Counted from the first letter of the stretch, positions 1 to 10,647 are shown. The stretch is DNA of 64,000 nt from Myxococcales bacterium (GCA_047601445.1 JASGJH010000001.1:1632001-1696000), one strand, 5' to 3'. Notes: generated from the sequence alone by a model not told the origin. Program-made: numbers and translations.

Positions 1-2
1 CG

Positions 3-728
3 GAGCCCTGGCTCGAGCCCTATCGCCTGCACACGCAGGCCTGGGTCTCCACGCAGAGCCTGGCCGAGCGCGCCGTGCAAGCGCGCCATACACTGATCGA
101 TCACTTCCGGTGCCAGCCCGAGATCATCGAGGTCTCGGACGCGCTGTGCGGGTACGGTCTGCGCGTCCACACGCCGCGCGCGACCCGAGCGCACGAAGCG
201 CCCTTCCTCGCTGCCCCTCTCTCCTGGGTGGATCTCGAGGGCCAGCAAGAGTCCCTGGGTGGGAGCCTGTGCAACCAGGTCGAGCTGCGCGAGGTCGTCG
301 CGCTCGTGCGGCGCCTGCTCACGTGTGGCATCTCGGCCTGTGACGTCGCCGTGATCACGCCCTACCGAGGTCAGCTCGAGCTCTTGCGGCGCGCATTCGC
401 CCACGAACGCGTGCCGCTCGAATACTCACCTGAGCTCGTCGAAGGCCACGACGCGGGTAGCGCGCGGGCGAGTTCGGGCCTCGCGCTCGGCACCGTGCAT
501 CGCTTTCAGGGGGGCGAGCGCAGCATCGTGCTCTTCACCAGCGTGGTCACGCGCGCTCAGTCCCTTGGCTTCTTGAACGCCCGCCCCAACCTGCTCAACG
601 TGGCCGTATCGCGCGCACGCCATCATTTCGTGGCGCTCGGACACCGTGGCGTGATGGGACAGGGCGCACGCACGCGGCTACTAAGCGACGCGGCTCACCC
701 TCTGTCCAGGCTTGCCTACGCCACCTAG
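3..728 (+). CDS. SF1 DNA2/NAM7/Upf1-like helicase, C-terminal domain (5' end outside window)
   Basis: Motifs HFRCQPEII, VAVITPYRGQ, GTVHRFQGGE, LNVAVSRAR. The frame is open back to the window edge. Confidence 0.85.
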   Translation, partial: EPWLEPYRLHTQAWVSTQSLAERAVQARHTLIDHFRCQPEIIEVSDALCGYGLRVHTPRATRAHEAPFLAAPLSWVDLEGQQESLGGSLCNQVELREVVALVRRLLTCGISACDVAVITPYRGQLELLRRAFAHERVPLEYSPELVEGHDAGSARASSGLALGTVHRFQGGERSIVLFTSVVTRAQSLGFLNARPNLLNVAVSRARHHFVALGHRGVMGQGARTRLLSDAAHPLSRLAYAT

Positions 729-760
729 CGAGCGTGCGCGGAACTGCGCGCCGCGACTGC

Positions 761-1531
761 TCAGACGGGCTTCCGCGGACGCTCGTGATCCGGTCGCGCC
801 TTCACGCAGCGGAAGATGCAATCGTCCCACAGCCCCCAGCGGCGCGCGTCCTCCGCGTCCATGGAGCGCTGGGGCCGCAGCTCGTCCACCCGGAAGCCTG
901 GCGCACGCAGTCTCGCCAGCAGGTCGTGACCGTAGCTTCGGACGTGGTCGAATTGGCCGAAGCGCCGCGCTCGCTCGCGAGGGTCCGTGACACTGAGGTC
1001 CTCGTCCGTGCGCTGGTCGGATGCGTAGGGCACCTGGATGTACGCAATGCCCCCGGGCCGCAGCACACGGTGCAGCTCCCGGACCGCACGCTGGTCATCG
1101 GGCACGTGCTCGAGCACATGGCAACAGATCACCACGTCGAACGATGCGTCGGGCAGGTCGATGGCCGTGATGTCGCAGCGTACGTCGACCTTGGGGGCCC
1201 CCAGATCGGCGGTGACGTACCGGCGCACTCGCGCGTCCTTGCGAAAGCGGCGCTCGGCGCCCCACTCGGGCGCGAAGTGAAGCACGTCGACGAAGGGAGG
1301 AAAACGACTCCATTCGTTGGCGAGGCTGAGCTTCAGCAACCTGTGGCGCGACGCCGAGCCGCAAAAAGGACAGTTGCCCACGCTGTGGTTGCCCAGGAAG
1401 CGCGAGAACGTTCGCTCACAGATGGGGCATTCCACGCGAGAGCCGGCGTAGCGCAGCTTGGCAGCGTGCCGAAAGCCGGTGCGGTACACGTCACTCAGGA
1501 CGGGAACCCAACGATACGGTGATTGCAGCAT
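761..1531 (-). CDS. Class I SAM-dependent methyltransferase with N-terminal CxxC/CxxC
   Basis: CPIC..CPFC, VLHFAPE, DITAIDLPDASFDVVICCHVLEHV, RVLRPGG. Confidence 0.85.
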   Translation of the reverse strand: MLQSPYRWVPVLSDVYRTGFRHAAKLRYAGSRVECPICERTFSRFLGNHSVGNCPFCGSASRHRLLKLSLANEWSRFPPFVDVLHFAPEWGAERRFRKDARVRRYVTADLGAPKVDVRCDITAIDLPDASFDVVICCHVLEHVPDDQRAVRELHRVLRPGGIAYIQVPYASDQRTDEDLSVTDPRERARRFGQFDHVRSYGHDLLARLRAPGFRVDELRPQRSMDAEDARRWGLWDDCIFRCVKARPDHERPRKPV

Positions 1532-1645
1532 TCATCCCCCATGGTCGATGGGGCAAATCCGCGGATCCGCCCGGTGCGCAATCAGGAGTGAGATCCTGAT
1601 GCTTACGGGGATGGGATGTGCAGGCGTTGTGCCAGTGACGGCTAT

Positions 1646-2824
1646 TCACGCGACATAAAGCGCATCTCGCACGCGCTGAGGAAACTGCCCCATCATTCCC
1701 TCGATGGCCGTATTGGTCAGGCCCACCACCACCAGCGCACGAAGCGGGTCCACGAACCAACTGTGTCCCCAGACTCCGCCCCAGCTCCAGGTCCCCGCGC
1801 TCTGCGGCGTGCCCGCGAGCGACGGGTCGACGAGGACTGCGCCACCGTAGCCGAAGCCCCAGCCCGGCCCGAACACCACCGGCAGGTCGCCGACCTGATT
1901 CTCGAGCATCGTGCGGGCGGTCGCCGCGCTGAGCACGCCGCCCCCACCTGCGCGCACCGCCTCCAGCATGCGCGCCACGTCGCGTGCCGTGCCGTTCATC
2001 CCGGCGCCTCCCGAGGCAAAGGAGTGATCGTCGAACGCGCGCAGCGGGGACACGCTGATGCCGGACAGGCCCATGAACGGCAGCACCTGACGTCCCTCGA
2101 TCCTGACGGGCGGCGCTCCATCCGCGTAGGGAACCGCGAGACCCGCCGCGGGCACCTCGAACCCCGTGTCCAACATGCCGAGCGGTCCCGTGACGAGCGC
2201 TCGCACGGCCCCTGCCAGCCCCTGCCCACTGACGCGCTCGATCACCGCCCCGAGCACGTCGATGGCCACCGAGTAGCCCCAGTGCGTGCCGGGCGCATGG
2301 TCGAGCCCCGCCTGACTGATGCGCCGGAGCTCCTCCTCCATGCCGAGGCCCGGTTGGTCGAGTCCATCCGAGACCTGTGCGCGCAGATAGGAGCCGCCCG
2401 CGGCTTGAAAATGCCCGTACGACAGCCCCGCGGTGTGGGTCAGCAGCTGCCGCACGGAGACGGCGGGCGCGCTCCCGTCTGCGAGCCGGGGCCGAAACTG
2501 CGGCAGATAGCGCGCGACCTCGGCGTCGAGCGAGAGCTTGCCTTGCTCGACGAGGCGCAACGCCGCCACGCTCACGATGGGCTTGGTCACCGAGGCCAGG
2601 CGAAACACCGTGTCTTCCCGCATAGGCACGCGCGACTCGCGGTCGGCCCAGCCCGCCGCGTGCACGTACAACGGCCTCCCATGCTCCAGCACCACCACCA
2701 CGGTGCCCACGATGCGCTGCGCCTCGAGCGCCTCCTCGATGACCGCGTCGAGTCGGCCCTGGATGCCCCTTGCGTCGAGTCGAGTTTGCTCCCGAGTTCC
2801 CAGCCTTTGCACGTCGACACTCAT
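1646..2824 (-). CDS. Serine hydrolase, beta-lactamase class C / EstB-like esterase
   Basis: SxxK motif (LASVTKP), LLTHTAG, YSVAIDVLG, WGGVWG. Confidence 0.9.
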   Translation of the reverse strand: MSVDVQRLGTREQTRLDARGIQGRLDAVIEEALEAQRIVGTVVVVLEHGRPLYVHAAGWADRESRVPMREDTVFRLASVTKPIVSVAALRLVEQGKLSLDAEVARYLPQFRPRLADGSAPAVSVRQLLTHTAGLSYGHFQAAGGSYLRAQVSDGLDQPGLGMEEELRRISQAGLDHAPGTHWGYSVAIDVLGAVIERVSGQGLAGAVRALVTGPLGMLDTGFEVPAAGLAVPYADGAPPVRIEGRQVLPFMGLSGISVSPLRAFDDHSFASGGAGMNGTARDVARMLEAVRAGGGGVLSAATARTMLENQVGDLPVVFGPGWGFGYGGAVLVDPSLAGTPQSAGTWSWGGVWGHSWFVDPLRALVVVGLTNTAIEGMMGQFPQRVRDALYVA

Positions 2825-2912
2825 GGCGATCCGCTCCTCTTCTGGATGAACCCAATGTGGGCCGTCCCCAGGTCATATCGCCAATGCATGTTCGTCATCT
2901 ATGCTCATACCC

Positions 2913-3863
2913 ATGACGCATCTTGCCGGAGTCGACCTCAACTTGCTCCCGTTGCTCGACGCAATCCTCGCCGAGCGTCACCTCACGCGCGCCGCCCGCC
3001 GCGTGGGCCTCTCGCAGCCCGCCGCGAGCCGTGCCCTCGGGCGCCTGCGGACCTTGCTCGCCGACCCACTGCTCGTGCGTAGCGGCCCCCACTGGATCCT
3101 CACGCCGCGCGCGGAGGCCTTGCGCGGGCCCGTGCGGCGTAGCCTGGCCTTGGTCGAGGAGACGCTGGCTCCGCCTGGGGCCTTTCGTCCGGAGCTCGAG
3201 CGACGCCGACTCCGCATCGCCTGCGACGACTACTCCGAGTTCGTGGTGCTGACGCCGCTGTTCAGGCGTCTCGCGCGCCGCTCTCCTGGCATCGACGTGG
3301 AGGTGCTGCCCAACCGCGGCGACGTGCTGCAGCAGCTAGCGCGCGGTGAAGCCGACTTGGCCTTGGCTCCCCTCATGGAGCACCTACCGACCGGCGTCAT
3401 GGGCGACGTGCTCTCCGAGGACGGCTTCGTCGGCATGGTGTCGACGCGGCATCCCTTCGCTCGCAAGCGCCCTACCCTGAAGCAGTTCGTCGCGGCCCGA
3501 CACGCGCTGATCGCTCCCTCGGGAGAGCGCGGCGGCTTTGTCGACCGGGCGCTACGAGAGCTGGGGCACGAGCGCCACGTCTCGCTGATGCTGCCCCATT
3601 TCCTGGCGATGCCCTTTCAGATCGCCCATACCGACCTGGTGCTCACGATGGCCGAGCGGGTGGCCCGTGTGTTCGCTGGCTTCTTACCGGTGAAGCTCTT
3701 CGCGCCACCGCTCGCGTTGCCACGCTTTCAGACCACGCTCTACTGGCACCAGCGCGACGAGCATGACCCTGGGTCGCGTTGGGTTCGCCACCAAGCGCTG
3801 GCGCTGCGCGCAGAGCTCGAGCGCAGCGGTACACGGGCTCGCCGAACCCGCGGAGCTCCCTGA
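2913..3863 (+). CDS. LysR-family transcriptional regulator, divergent from the esterase
   Basis: VDLNLL...HLTRAARRVGLSQPAASRALGRLR HTH followed by a substrate-binding domain. Confidence 0.93.
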   Translation: MTHLAGVDLNLLPLLDAILAERHLTRAARRVGLSQPAASRALGRLRTLLADPLLVRSGPHWILTPRAEALRGPVRRSLALVEETLAPPGAFRPELERRRLRIACDDYSEFVVLTPLFRRLARRSPGIDVEVLPNRGDVLQQLARGEADLALAPLMEHLPTGVMGDVLSEDGFVGMVSTRHPFARKRPTLKQFVAARHALIAPSGERGGFVDRALRELGHERHVSLMLPHFLAMPFQIAHTDLVLTMAERVARVFAGFLPVKLFAPPLALPRFQTTLYWHQRDEHDPGSRWVRHQALALRAELERSGTRARRTRGAP

Positions 3864-3871
3864 ATGGGAGG

Positions 3872-4273
3872 CTACATGCACCTGCCGTTGGTACACGAGG
3901 TGTGACCGCAACCGAAAAAGCTGCAGTCCTTCACGTAATCACTGCAGGTCCGTGCGCACATGCCGCCATCAGAGCCCGCGTCCTTGTCGCCCCCGGCATC
4001 CTTATCGCCGTCGCCGTCGCCATCGCCCGCGTCGAGATCGCGACCGGCGTCTCCGTCGCCATCCCCGTCTCCGTCGCCATCCCCGTCTCCGTCGCCATCC
4101 CCGTCGCCGTCTCCATCCCCGTCGCCGTCACCATCTCCATCGCCGTCACCACCGGCGTCGTTGACGTACTTCGGTGCGGGCGCCGGGTCGTCGCCGCAGG
4201 CGATGATCAGCAGGCCAACGAAGAGCGCGACCAGGCCGCGCCGGAGGATTCGCGAAGACAGGGAGAAGCTCAT
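3872..4273 (-). CDS. Small lipoprotein with (Gly-Asp) tract and six-Cys C-terminal peptide
   Basis: Lipobox LIIAC, about 17 GD repeats, C-terminal CARTC..DCSFFGCGHTSCTNGRCM. Confidence 0.75.
   Translation of the reverse strand: MSFSLSSRILRRGLVALFVGLLIIACGDDPAPAPKYVNDAGGDGDGDGDGDGDGDGDGDGDGDGDGDGDGDGDGDAGRDLDAGDGDGDGDKDAGGDKDAGSDGGMCARTCSDYVKDCSFFGCGHTSCTNGRCM
4049..4150 (-). repeat. Coding hexamer tandem repeat (GGN GAY) encoding poly-GD
   Basis: Directly visible; includes repeated 18-bp unit ccccgtctccgtcgccat. Confidence 0.9.
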
Positions 4274-4350
4274 GCTGCAAGCGTTGCGGATCTTGGGGCG
4301 TTCTGCCGTGACATCCCTGGCCGCTCACGCTGCCTGATCGCGGCCAGACT

Positions 4351-4804
4351 TCACGCGCCGTCGGCGCTCCCCGTCATTCGCAGCGCCAGCTCTTCCATAT
4401 CGAGCAGCGTCAGCGGCCCATCGTCCGTCAATACCGGCTCGCCCGGCGTGAGGGCTGCGCGGAATGCCACACTGCCCACCGAGCGCGTGCTCTCCGCCGG
4501 GACGCCCAACAACCCAAGACTCGACTTGCACACCACCAACCTGCGCGTTGCGGTGGCGGCATGCAGTGGGCGCGCGACCGCGACGAGTCGTCCGCGGTCT
4601 TGAACCACCCCGAGCACCTCGCCGGCCGTTTCCGGGATCTCCGTTGGGTTCCGTCCAGGGCACGATTGAATCGACGGCGGTCGGCGCGATGCCGAGCAGG
4701 ATGGGTCCCTGCGTCAGCACCAGCAGTTCTCGTTCGCCATGCGCCGCATCCACCGCACCGACTTGCTCCGCCAGCTCGGCGAACGCAGAAAGCTCGTCAC
4801 TCAC
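4351..4804 (-). CDS. cheW: CheW-like protein, split by a 1-bp frameshift near 4645
   Basis: Joining two ORFs gives LLGIAPTAVDSIVPWTEP-TEIPETAGEVLGVVQDRGRLVAV...GLLGVPAE..LLDMEEL. GGAGG lies upstream of the GTG at 4804. Confidence 0.6.
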
Positions 4805-5113
4805 TCGCACTACCTCCGAGCCCGCGATCTTACCGTTTTGCGAGCTGCGCCACGCGCGAAGCATCGCTGACATTACACGTATTTTTGAGGCGCTTTTGTC
4901 TGCCTGCAGACAACGCCAAAACTGTTGCCTGCGAACGCATCACCCCTTTACGATTCAGCAACATTCGATCCGAATCGCCCACAGCGCCTGGGGAGGCTCT
5001 GCGGGAATCACTGGATCGAGAAGTCTCTACATCGGGGGAGACATCGCGAGCTCCAACGAGCTGCGTGGATGGCATGGGTTTGCCGTGTGAACGAACGGCG
5101 GGCAGGGGAAAAC

Positions 5114-6150
5114 ATGAAGAAGGTCACGAGCGCTCTCTAATGCTTGGGTTGGTAGGTTCGGCTTGCGGTGGCGATGACGGTGACAAAACCGTGCGCGAGA
5201 ACACCGGCAAGCTCCGCGTTGGCTTCGTCAATTTCCAGGAAATCAGCGTTTGGCGCGACGAGGAGAACCGCAGCGTGCAGGCCGAGGCCGAGAAGCGCGG
5301 CTACGAGCTCGTGTATCGCAACTCCGTCGACGAGTCGCGCCAGGCGGACGACATCGAGGAGCTGGCCGCGATGGGCCTCGACGGCATCTTCCTCGCTCCG
5401 AAGGTCGTGTCGCTCGCTTCCTCCGTCGTGAGTGCGAGCAAGGCCGGCGTGCCGATCATCCTGCTCGACCGCGGCGTGGACGAAAGCGTGGCCAAGCCCG
5501 GACAGGACTACCTGACACTCATGTCCTCTGACTTTGCGCTCGAAGGTAAGATGGTCGCCGAGTGGGTCAACGACCACTTGGGCGAGTTCGAGGCCAAGTG
5601 GGGCGCGATGCCGGCGGGTGGCTGGCCCGCGCTCGAGCTCGAGGGCAGCATGGGTGCGGACCCGGCCATCAAGCGCAAGCAAGGCTTCGACGCCGAGATT
5701 GCCGCCAACGGTGGCGGCAAGGTCAATATCGTCGCCTCGATCACGGCGAACTTCGACGACGCCAAGGCCAAGGAAGTCACCACCGCCCAGCTGGCCGCTC
5801 ACCCGGACCTCAAGATCATCTACACGCACAACGACGGCATGGCGATGGGCGCCATCAGCGCCATCGAAGCCGCCGGCCTCAAGCCGTCCGACTTCATGAT
5901 CGTCTCCATCGACGGCGCCAAGATGGCCACCCAGGCGATCTTCGACGGCAAGATGAACCTGACGGTGACCTGTAACCCGAGCTTCGGCCCCTCGGCCTTC
6001 GACAAGCTCGAGGCGTTCCTGGCCGGTCAGAGCCTGCCCACGCACATCGTCACCAGCGACGTCGCCTGTGACCTCGCCGCGGTGATGCAGGCGTTCGGGA
6101 ACACCGACGACGCCCACGAGCCCTGCGACGGCTTCGGGTCCGCCAACTGA
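5114..6150 (+). CDS. Sugar-binding periplasmic lipoprotein (RbsB/YtfQ-like), frameshift near 5138
   Basis: MKKVTSAL/LMLGLVGSAC signal, AGVPIILLDRGV, IYTHNDGMAMGAI, IVSIDG. Confidence 0.85.
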
Positions 6151-6224
6151 TTTAGGTGCGCGAGACGGCTCACGGGCCGGTGCGAGCCCCCGTGAGCCCG
6201 AGATTGGATACGCCGGCGAAGACG

Positions 6225-7472
6225 ATGCGCAATTTCTCTGTGACGATCCTCCGCTCTAGCCTGCTCCTGTGTTTGTTGCATGGCTGCTCGGACCCCGCCC
6301 CTGCCGATACGGTCTCGTTCGGTCTGGCGTTGCCCTTTACGGGCGCGAGCGCCCAGCGCGGCGTGAACATCGAGCGGGCCATGATCACCGCTGGCGACGA
6401 GATCAATCGCGCCGGAGGTGTGCTCGGACGTGAGGTGCATTTCCGTGCCGTGGACACGCACTCCACCACGTACGAGGGGATGCGTGCAGCGACTCCGCTG
6501 TTTTCGGACGGCGACGCCGTGGCGGTGCTCGGGCCCGACAGCAATGACCTCGCCCTGAGTCTGGCCCCGGTTGCCCACAGCTCGGACAAGCTCCTGGTGA
6601 CGCCCAGCGCGACGCCGCGCAGCGTGGCCGTGTCCAAAGACGAGCGCGACCACTGGCTTCGCCTCAACCCATCGGTGTCCCTGCTGGCCGACAAGCTCGC
6701 CGAGCAGATCATCGCCGACGACCGCAGGCACGTGCTCATCGTACACGTGGTGGATTCGCTGATGGTGGCGTTGAAGGATCAGATCACCAGCCGGCTGGTC
6801 CGCGACACGCAGACGCGCGTGCCGGCCGCCGTGGCGATCACGCCCGATCGTTTTCCCGACAATACCGCGGTGATCGAGGCGCTTGCGCATGCCGGAGACA
6901 CCTACGACGCCGTCGTCGTCCTGGCCTATCCCAACCGCGCCGCGAGCATCGTGAACGACGTGGTGCTCTCCTATGCACCCGCGCGCCGCAAGGCCATCGG
7001 CTGGTACTTCTCGCATACCGTGCGGAGCCCCGAGTTCCTCGAGCACGTGCTGACCGAGTACATCGAGGGTGGCACCGGCGTGGCCTTGGCCGTCGGCCAG
7101 GATGCCGCGGCATTCCGTGAGCTCTTCCGCGAGCGCTGGTTCGGCGATGAGCCCACCGAGGAGGCCTACTACTACGTCGACGCGCTCAACCTGCTCGCGC
7201 TGGCCACGGAGGCGACGGGCGCCGACGACCCCAGCGAGGTCGCGGCCGCCACGCTGAGCGACAACATCCGCAAGCTCGCGCAGGCGGGCGGGCAAGAAGT
7301 GCGCTGGAACCAGCTCGACGCGGGCCTCGAGGCGGTGCGCGCGGGCAAGCCGGTTACCTATCTCGGACTCACTGGAAATCTGCAGCTGATGGGAGGCGAG
7401 CTTCAGCGTGAAGTGGTCGACGCATCGTTGTGGCGAATCGAAGGAGGGAAGTATGCGTCCTTCACGCGCTAA
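6225..7472 (+). CDS. LivJ/LivK-type periplasmic binding lipoprotein
   Basis: Lipobox LHGC, FGLALPFTG, EINRAGGVLGR, YLGLTGNL. Confidence 0.85.
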   Translation: MRNFSVTILRSSLLLCLLHGCSDPAPADTVSFGLALPFTGASAQRGVNIERAMITAGDEINRAGGVLGREVHFRAVDTHSTTYEGMRAATPLFSDGDAVAVLGPDSNDLALSLAPVAHSSDKLLVTPSATPRSVAVSKDERDHWLRLNPSVSLLADKLAEQIIADDRRHVLIVHVVDSLMVALKDQITSRLVRDTQTRVPAAVAITPDRFPDNTAVIEALAHAGDTYDAVVVLAYPNRAASIVNDVVLSYAPARRKAIGWYFSHTVRSPEFLEHVLTEYIEGGTGVALAVGQDAAAFRELFRERWFGDEPTEEAYYYVDALNLLALATEATGADDPSEVAAATLSDNIRKLAQAGGQEVRWNQLDAGLEAVRAGKPVTYLGLTGNLQLMGGELQREVVDASLWRIEGGKYASFTR

Positions 7473-9867
7473 GTCGGTGCGCTCTCGAAGTCTTCTTCTG
7501 TTGGCCGGCTCCTTGGCCATGTGTGCGAGCGCGGTGCACGCACAAGACGCGGCCTTGCCGCCGTCCGAGCCAGCCACGTTGCCTCAGGCTCCCGTCGAGC
7601 CGCCTGCGCAGGTCCCCGAGCAAGTCGGTGAGACTGCCCCCGTGGCAGCACCCGAGCCTGTCCTTGTCGATGCGACAGCCGGTCAGCCGGCGCCCGAGCA
7701 GCCCGCGGCAGCGGCCCCAGCGGCACCGCCAGCCGACGAGGCTGGTTCCGAGGCACCCGTAGAGCCAGCGTCCGAGGACGCGGTGCCAGCAGACGGATCG
7801 ACCGACGAAGCGGAGCTCGCGGAGCTGAGCCTCGAGCAGCTCCTCAGCCTGGAGATCGTCTCCGCCACCAAGGACAAGCAGCGTCTCGAAGAAGCCCCCG
7901 CCATCATGACCGTCCTCACGCAGGACGACATGCGCAAGTGGGGCTATCGCACGGTGGTCGACGCGCTCAAGCACGTGCCCGGCTTCTATGTGGTCGACGA
8001 CGGCACCATCCCCAACGTCTCCACGCGCGGCATGGGCGGAAGCCTGCATGCCGAGAGCGGTGGCATCAAGGTCTTGATCAACGGCACCGCTGCCACCTAT
8101 CGCAGCACGGGTGGCCAGTGGCTCGACTCGGCCAACCTGCCGGTGGCTGCCATCGAGCGCATCGAGATCATCCGGGGACCGGCCTCAGCGCTCTACGGCG
8201 CCGACGCGTTCCTGGGCGTCGTCAACATCGTGACGCGGCAGTCCTTCAGCAGCACCGATGTCGGCGAGCTCACCGTGGGTGGCCGGCACCGCTTCGCGAC
8301 GGACAACAACGGTGGTGACGGCTCGTTCGCGGTAGGCCGGAACGAGGAGCGCTATCGCTTCATGTTCTCCGGCAACTACGACCGCGACGACCGCTCCGGC
8401 CTCAAGCTGCCTTCGAGTTCCCCGGCTCCCAACACCGGCGAGCGCGACGCGCACAGCCTGCGCTCACAACAGCATCAGGACTCCGCCTCGTTCTACGGGC
8501 GCGGTGAGTACAACGCGTCCGACACCGTCAAGCTCAGCCTGGCCGGCTACTACGCTCAGCTGCGGCGCGACGACGAGTTCTCGTACCTGACCCAGTTCGC
8601 CAACATCACCGACGAGAATGGGCGCCCTTCTCGCAACCAAATCGCGCGGCAAAACGCCTTCGTGACCGCGCGCGCCGACTGGGCCGCCACCGACAAGGTG
8701 AACCTGTCCCTGGACAGCACGTTCTTCGAGGGCCAGCCCCTCAAGGGCGACCGCACCGAAAACGGCGACGAGTTCTACTACTACCAGAAGCGCCATCGTT
8801 CGCGTGGCAACCAGACCAGGCTCGAGGGACAGTGGAAGCTCGAGCGCGTGTCGCTCACCGTGGGCGCGGAGTCCATCTACGACATGGAGCTGCTGCCGCA
8901 GGTCACCGTGCGCTCGAAGGTGCCCGCCGGCACCATCGAGCCCGGCGAGACCGTCGCCTCCCACACGCAGGGCGAAAAGGCCTTCGTGAACTTGGCCGCC
9001 TTCAGCCAGGCGCAGTGGAAGGTGTGGGACCAGTACCTGACCCTGACCGGTGGTGCACGTTACGACCACCACAACATCTACGGTGGCCAACCGAGCGGCC
9101 GCATCGGCGCCGTCTCGTCGCCGGTCGAGAGGCTCTCGATCAAGGCCCTGTATGGCACCGCTTTCCGGGCACCGACGCCGGAGCTCCTGTACGCCATCCC
9201 TGCGGCTCCCGGTGACATCAGCGGTAACCGCGGCCTCGCTCCGCAGCGCGTGCACACCATCGAGGGAGAGGTCTCGTACCGCTTTACCCCGAACTTGATG
9301 GCCACGACCGGCCTCGCCTACAACATCCTGCAGCACGGCGCCGAGTTCGTTCAGGTCGGAGCGTTCAAGGAAGCGTTGAACCTCACCAGCTTGAACAGCC
9401 TCTCCTGGGAATCGTCCGTACGCCTACGTTACCCGGACAACATCGAGGCCTACGCGAGCTACGAGCTCAACCACACCGAGCGTGACGTGGGCGGCTCGAG
9501 CTACCAGTCATCGCTAATCGGCAAGGACGGCGTCATCTATCCGCGCATGCAGCTCCACACGGGCGTGAACAAGGCGTTCCCGAGCCTCTACTTCCGGGTC
9601 TTCGGTGAGTTCACCTTGATCGGCAAGCGTCGGGCCAGCGTGGACAACATTCTCGAGAAGGGCGCGTCCTACTACCTGAGCCAGTACTACTTGTTCGACT
9701 GCGGCGTGAGTACGATGAAGCTGCAGGCCCTCGAGGGTCGCGACACCGATATCTCGCTCTTCGTTCGCAACGCGTTCGGCGCCAACTCGCCCGACCCAGG
9801 CTTCGGCGGCGTCGACTATCCCCGCCTGCCGCTCACTGTTTTCCTCCAACTTCGTCAGAAGATCTGA
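7453..9867 (+). CDS. TonB-dependent receptor (YfiR-associated type) with Pro/Ala-rich N-terminal linker
   Basis: LAELSLEQLLSLEIVSATK..EAPAIMTVLT plug, IERIEIIRGPASALYGADA..GVVNIVT, YGTAFRAP. Confidence 0.92.
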   Translation: MRPSRAKSVRSRSLLLLAGSLAMCASAVHAQDAALPPSEPATLPQAPVEPPAQVPEQVGETAPVAAPEPVLVDATAGQPAPEQPAAAAPAAPPADEAGSEAPVEPASEDAVPADGSTDEAELAELSLEQLLSLEIVSATKDKQRLEEAPAIMTVLTQDDMRKWGYRTVVDALKHVPGFYVVDDGTIPNVSTRGMGGSLHAESGGIKVLINGTAATYRSTGGQWLDSANLPVAAIERIEIIRGPASALYGADAFLGVVNIVTRQSFSSTDVGELTVGGRHRFATDNNGGDGSFAVGRNEERYRFMFSGNYDRDDRSGLKLPSSSPAPNTGERDAHSLRSQQHQDSASFYGRGEYNASDTVKLSLAGYYAQLRRDDEFSYLTQFANITDENGRPSRNQIARQNAFVTARADWAATDKVNLSLDSTFFEGQPLKGDRTENGDEFYYYQKRHRSRGNQTRLEGQWKLERVSLTVGAESIYDMELLPQVTVRSKVPAGTIEPGETVASHTQGEKAFVNLAAFSQAQWKVWDQYLTLTGGARYDHHNIYGGQPSGRIGAVSSPVERLSIKALYGTAFRAPTPELLYAIPAAPGDISGNRGLAPQRVHTIEGEVSYRFTPNLMATTGLAYNILQHGAEFVQVGAFKEALNLTSLNSLSWESSVRLRYPDNIEAYASYELNHTERDVGGSSYQSSLIGKDGVIYPRMQLHTGVNKAFPSLYFRVFGEFTLIGKRRASVDNILEKGASYYLSQYYLFDCGVSTMKLQALEGRDTDISLFVRNAFGANSPDPGFGGVDYPRLPLTVFLQLRQKI

Positions 9868-9901
9868 GCACTCGCACCTGGTGGCGTCCAAAGCCGCACC
9901 C

Positions 9902-10270
9902 ATGAACATCCTCATCATCGACGACAGCGAGCTCTCCCTGCAGGCCATGGAGACGACCCTGAAGGCCCATGGCCACCGGGTGGTCTGCACGTCGTCCCCC
10001 ATTGGGGCCACGCGTCTCATCCTCAACGAGAAGATCGACGTGGTGGTGGTGGACGTGAATCTGCCCAGTATGCGCGGAGACAGCCTGGCTGCTCTGTTCC
10101 GTAAGCAGCCGCGCATGCAGCACGTCGGTGTCGTCTTGGTCTCGGGCGTCGAGCCGGAGGAGCTCAAGCGACTCACCGACGAGAGCAAGGCCGACGCCAT
10201 GTGCAACAAGCAGGACGTGCGCGAAGGACTCCATCCAGCCGTGATGACGGCTCGCCGAGCCCGCAAATGA
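9902..10270 (+). CDS. Single-domain response regulator (CheY-like)
   Basis: ILIIDDS, VVVDVNLP phospho-acceptor Asp, conserved Ser and Lys. Confidence 0.9.
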   Translation: MNILIIDDSELSLQAMETTLKAHGHRVVCTSSPIGATRLILNEKIDVVVVDVNLPSMRGDSLAALFRKQPRMQHVGVVLVSGVEPEELKRLTDESKADAMCNKQDVREGLHPAVMTARRARK

Positions 10271-10620
10271 CTCAAGTGTTGACCTTCATCCATCGCAGCG
10301 TTCGGGCTGCCATCCCGGCCCAACAAGCCGACGGCCTGGCCGCCAGTGACGCAGGACTCGAGCGCATCGCGTTGTGGCGCGGCGGCTCCGAGGTCATCGA
10401 GCGTTGGTTGCGCCTGCGCGCTGCGCGCGGTCATTTCGGCCTGAGCTGCAGCGAAGTCGAGCTACTCGAGGTTCCCTCGCGCGAGCTCATTCCCATCAGC
10501 GGCGTACTGGCCGCAGCGCTCAAACTCCCGCACGTCGTGGGCTTCGCCACGATCGCACACAAGCCGACCTGGTTGGTCGACGTAACCCGCCTCACGGCCA
10601 ACAACGCACGGGTAGAATAG
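10267..10620 (+). CDS. Small divergent CheW-like protein
   Basis: ATGA overlap with the regulator; C-terminus LPHVVGFATIAHKPTWLVDVTRL resembles the CheW end. Confidence 0.45.
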   Translation: MTQVLTFIHRSVRAAIPAQQADGLAASDAGLERIALWRGGSEVIERWLRLRAARGHFGLSCSEVELLEVPSRELIPISGVLAAALKLPHVVGFATIAHKPTWLVDVTRLTANNARVE

Positions 10621-10647
10621 GTTATGGGTACTCGCGTCCGGGTCGCT

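Noticed and set aside
3..728. Helicase as part of an anti-phage defence system
   Set aside because: Only the C-terminal domain is visible and no defence partners are adjacent in this window.
4561..5113. N-terminal extension of the 529-aa ORF
   Set aside because: It overlaps the opposite-strand CheW-like gene and promoter region; the real start is the lipoprotein signal at 5114.
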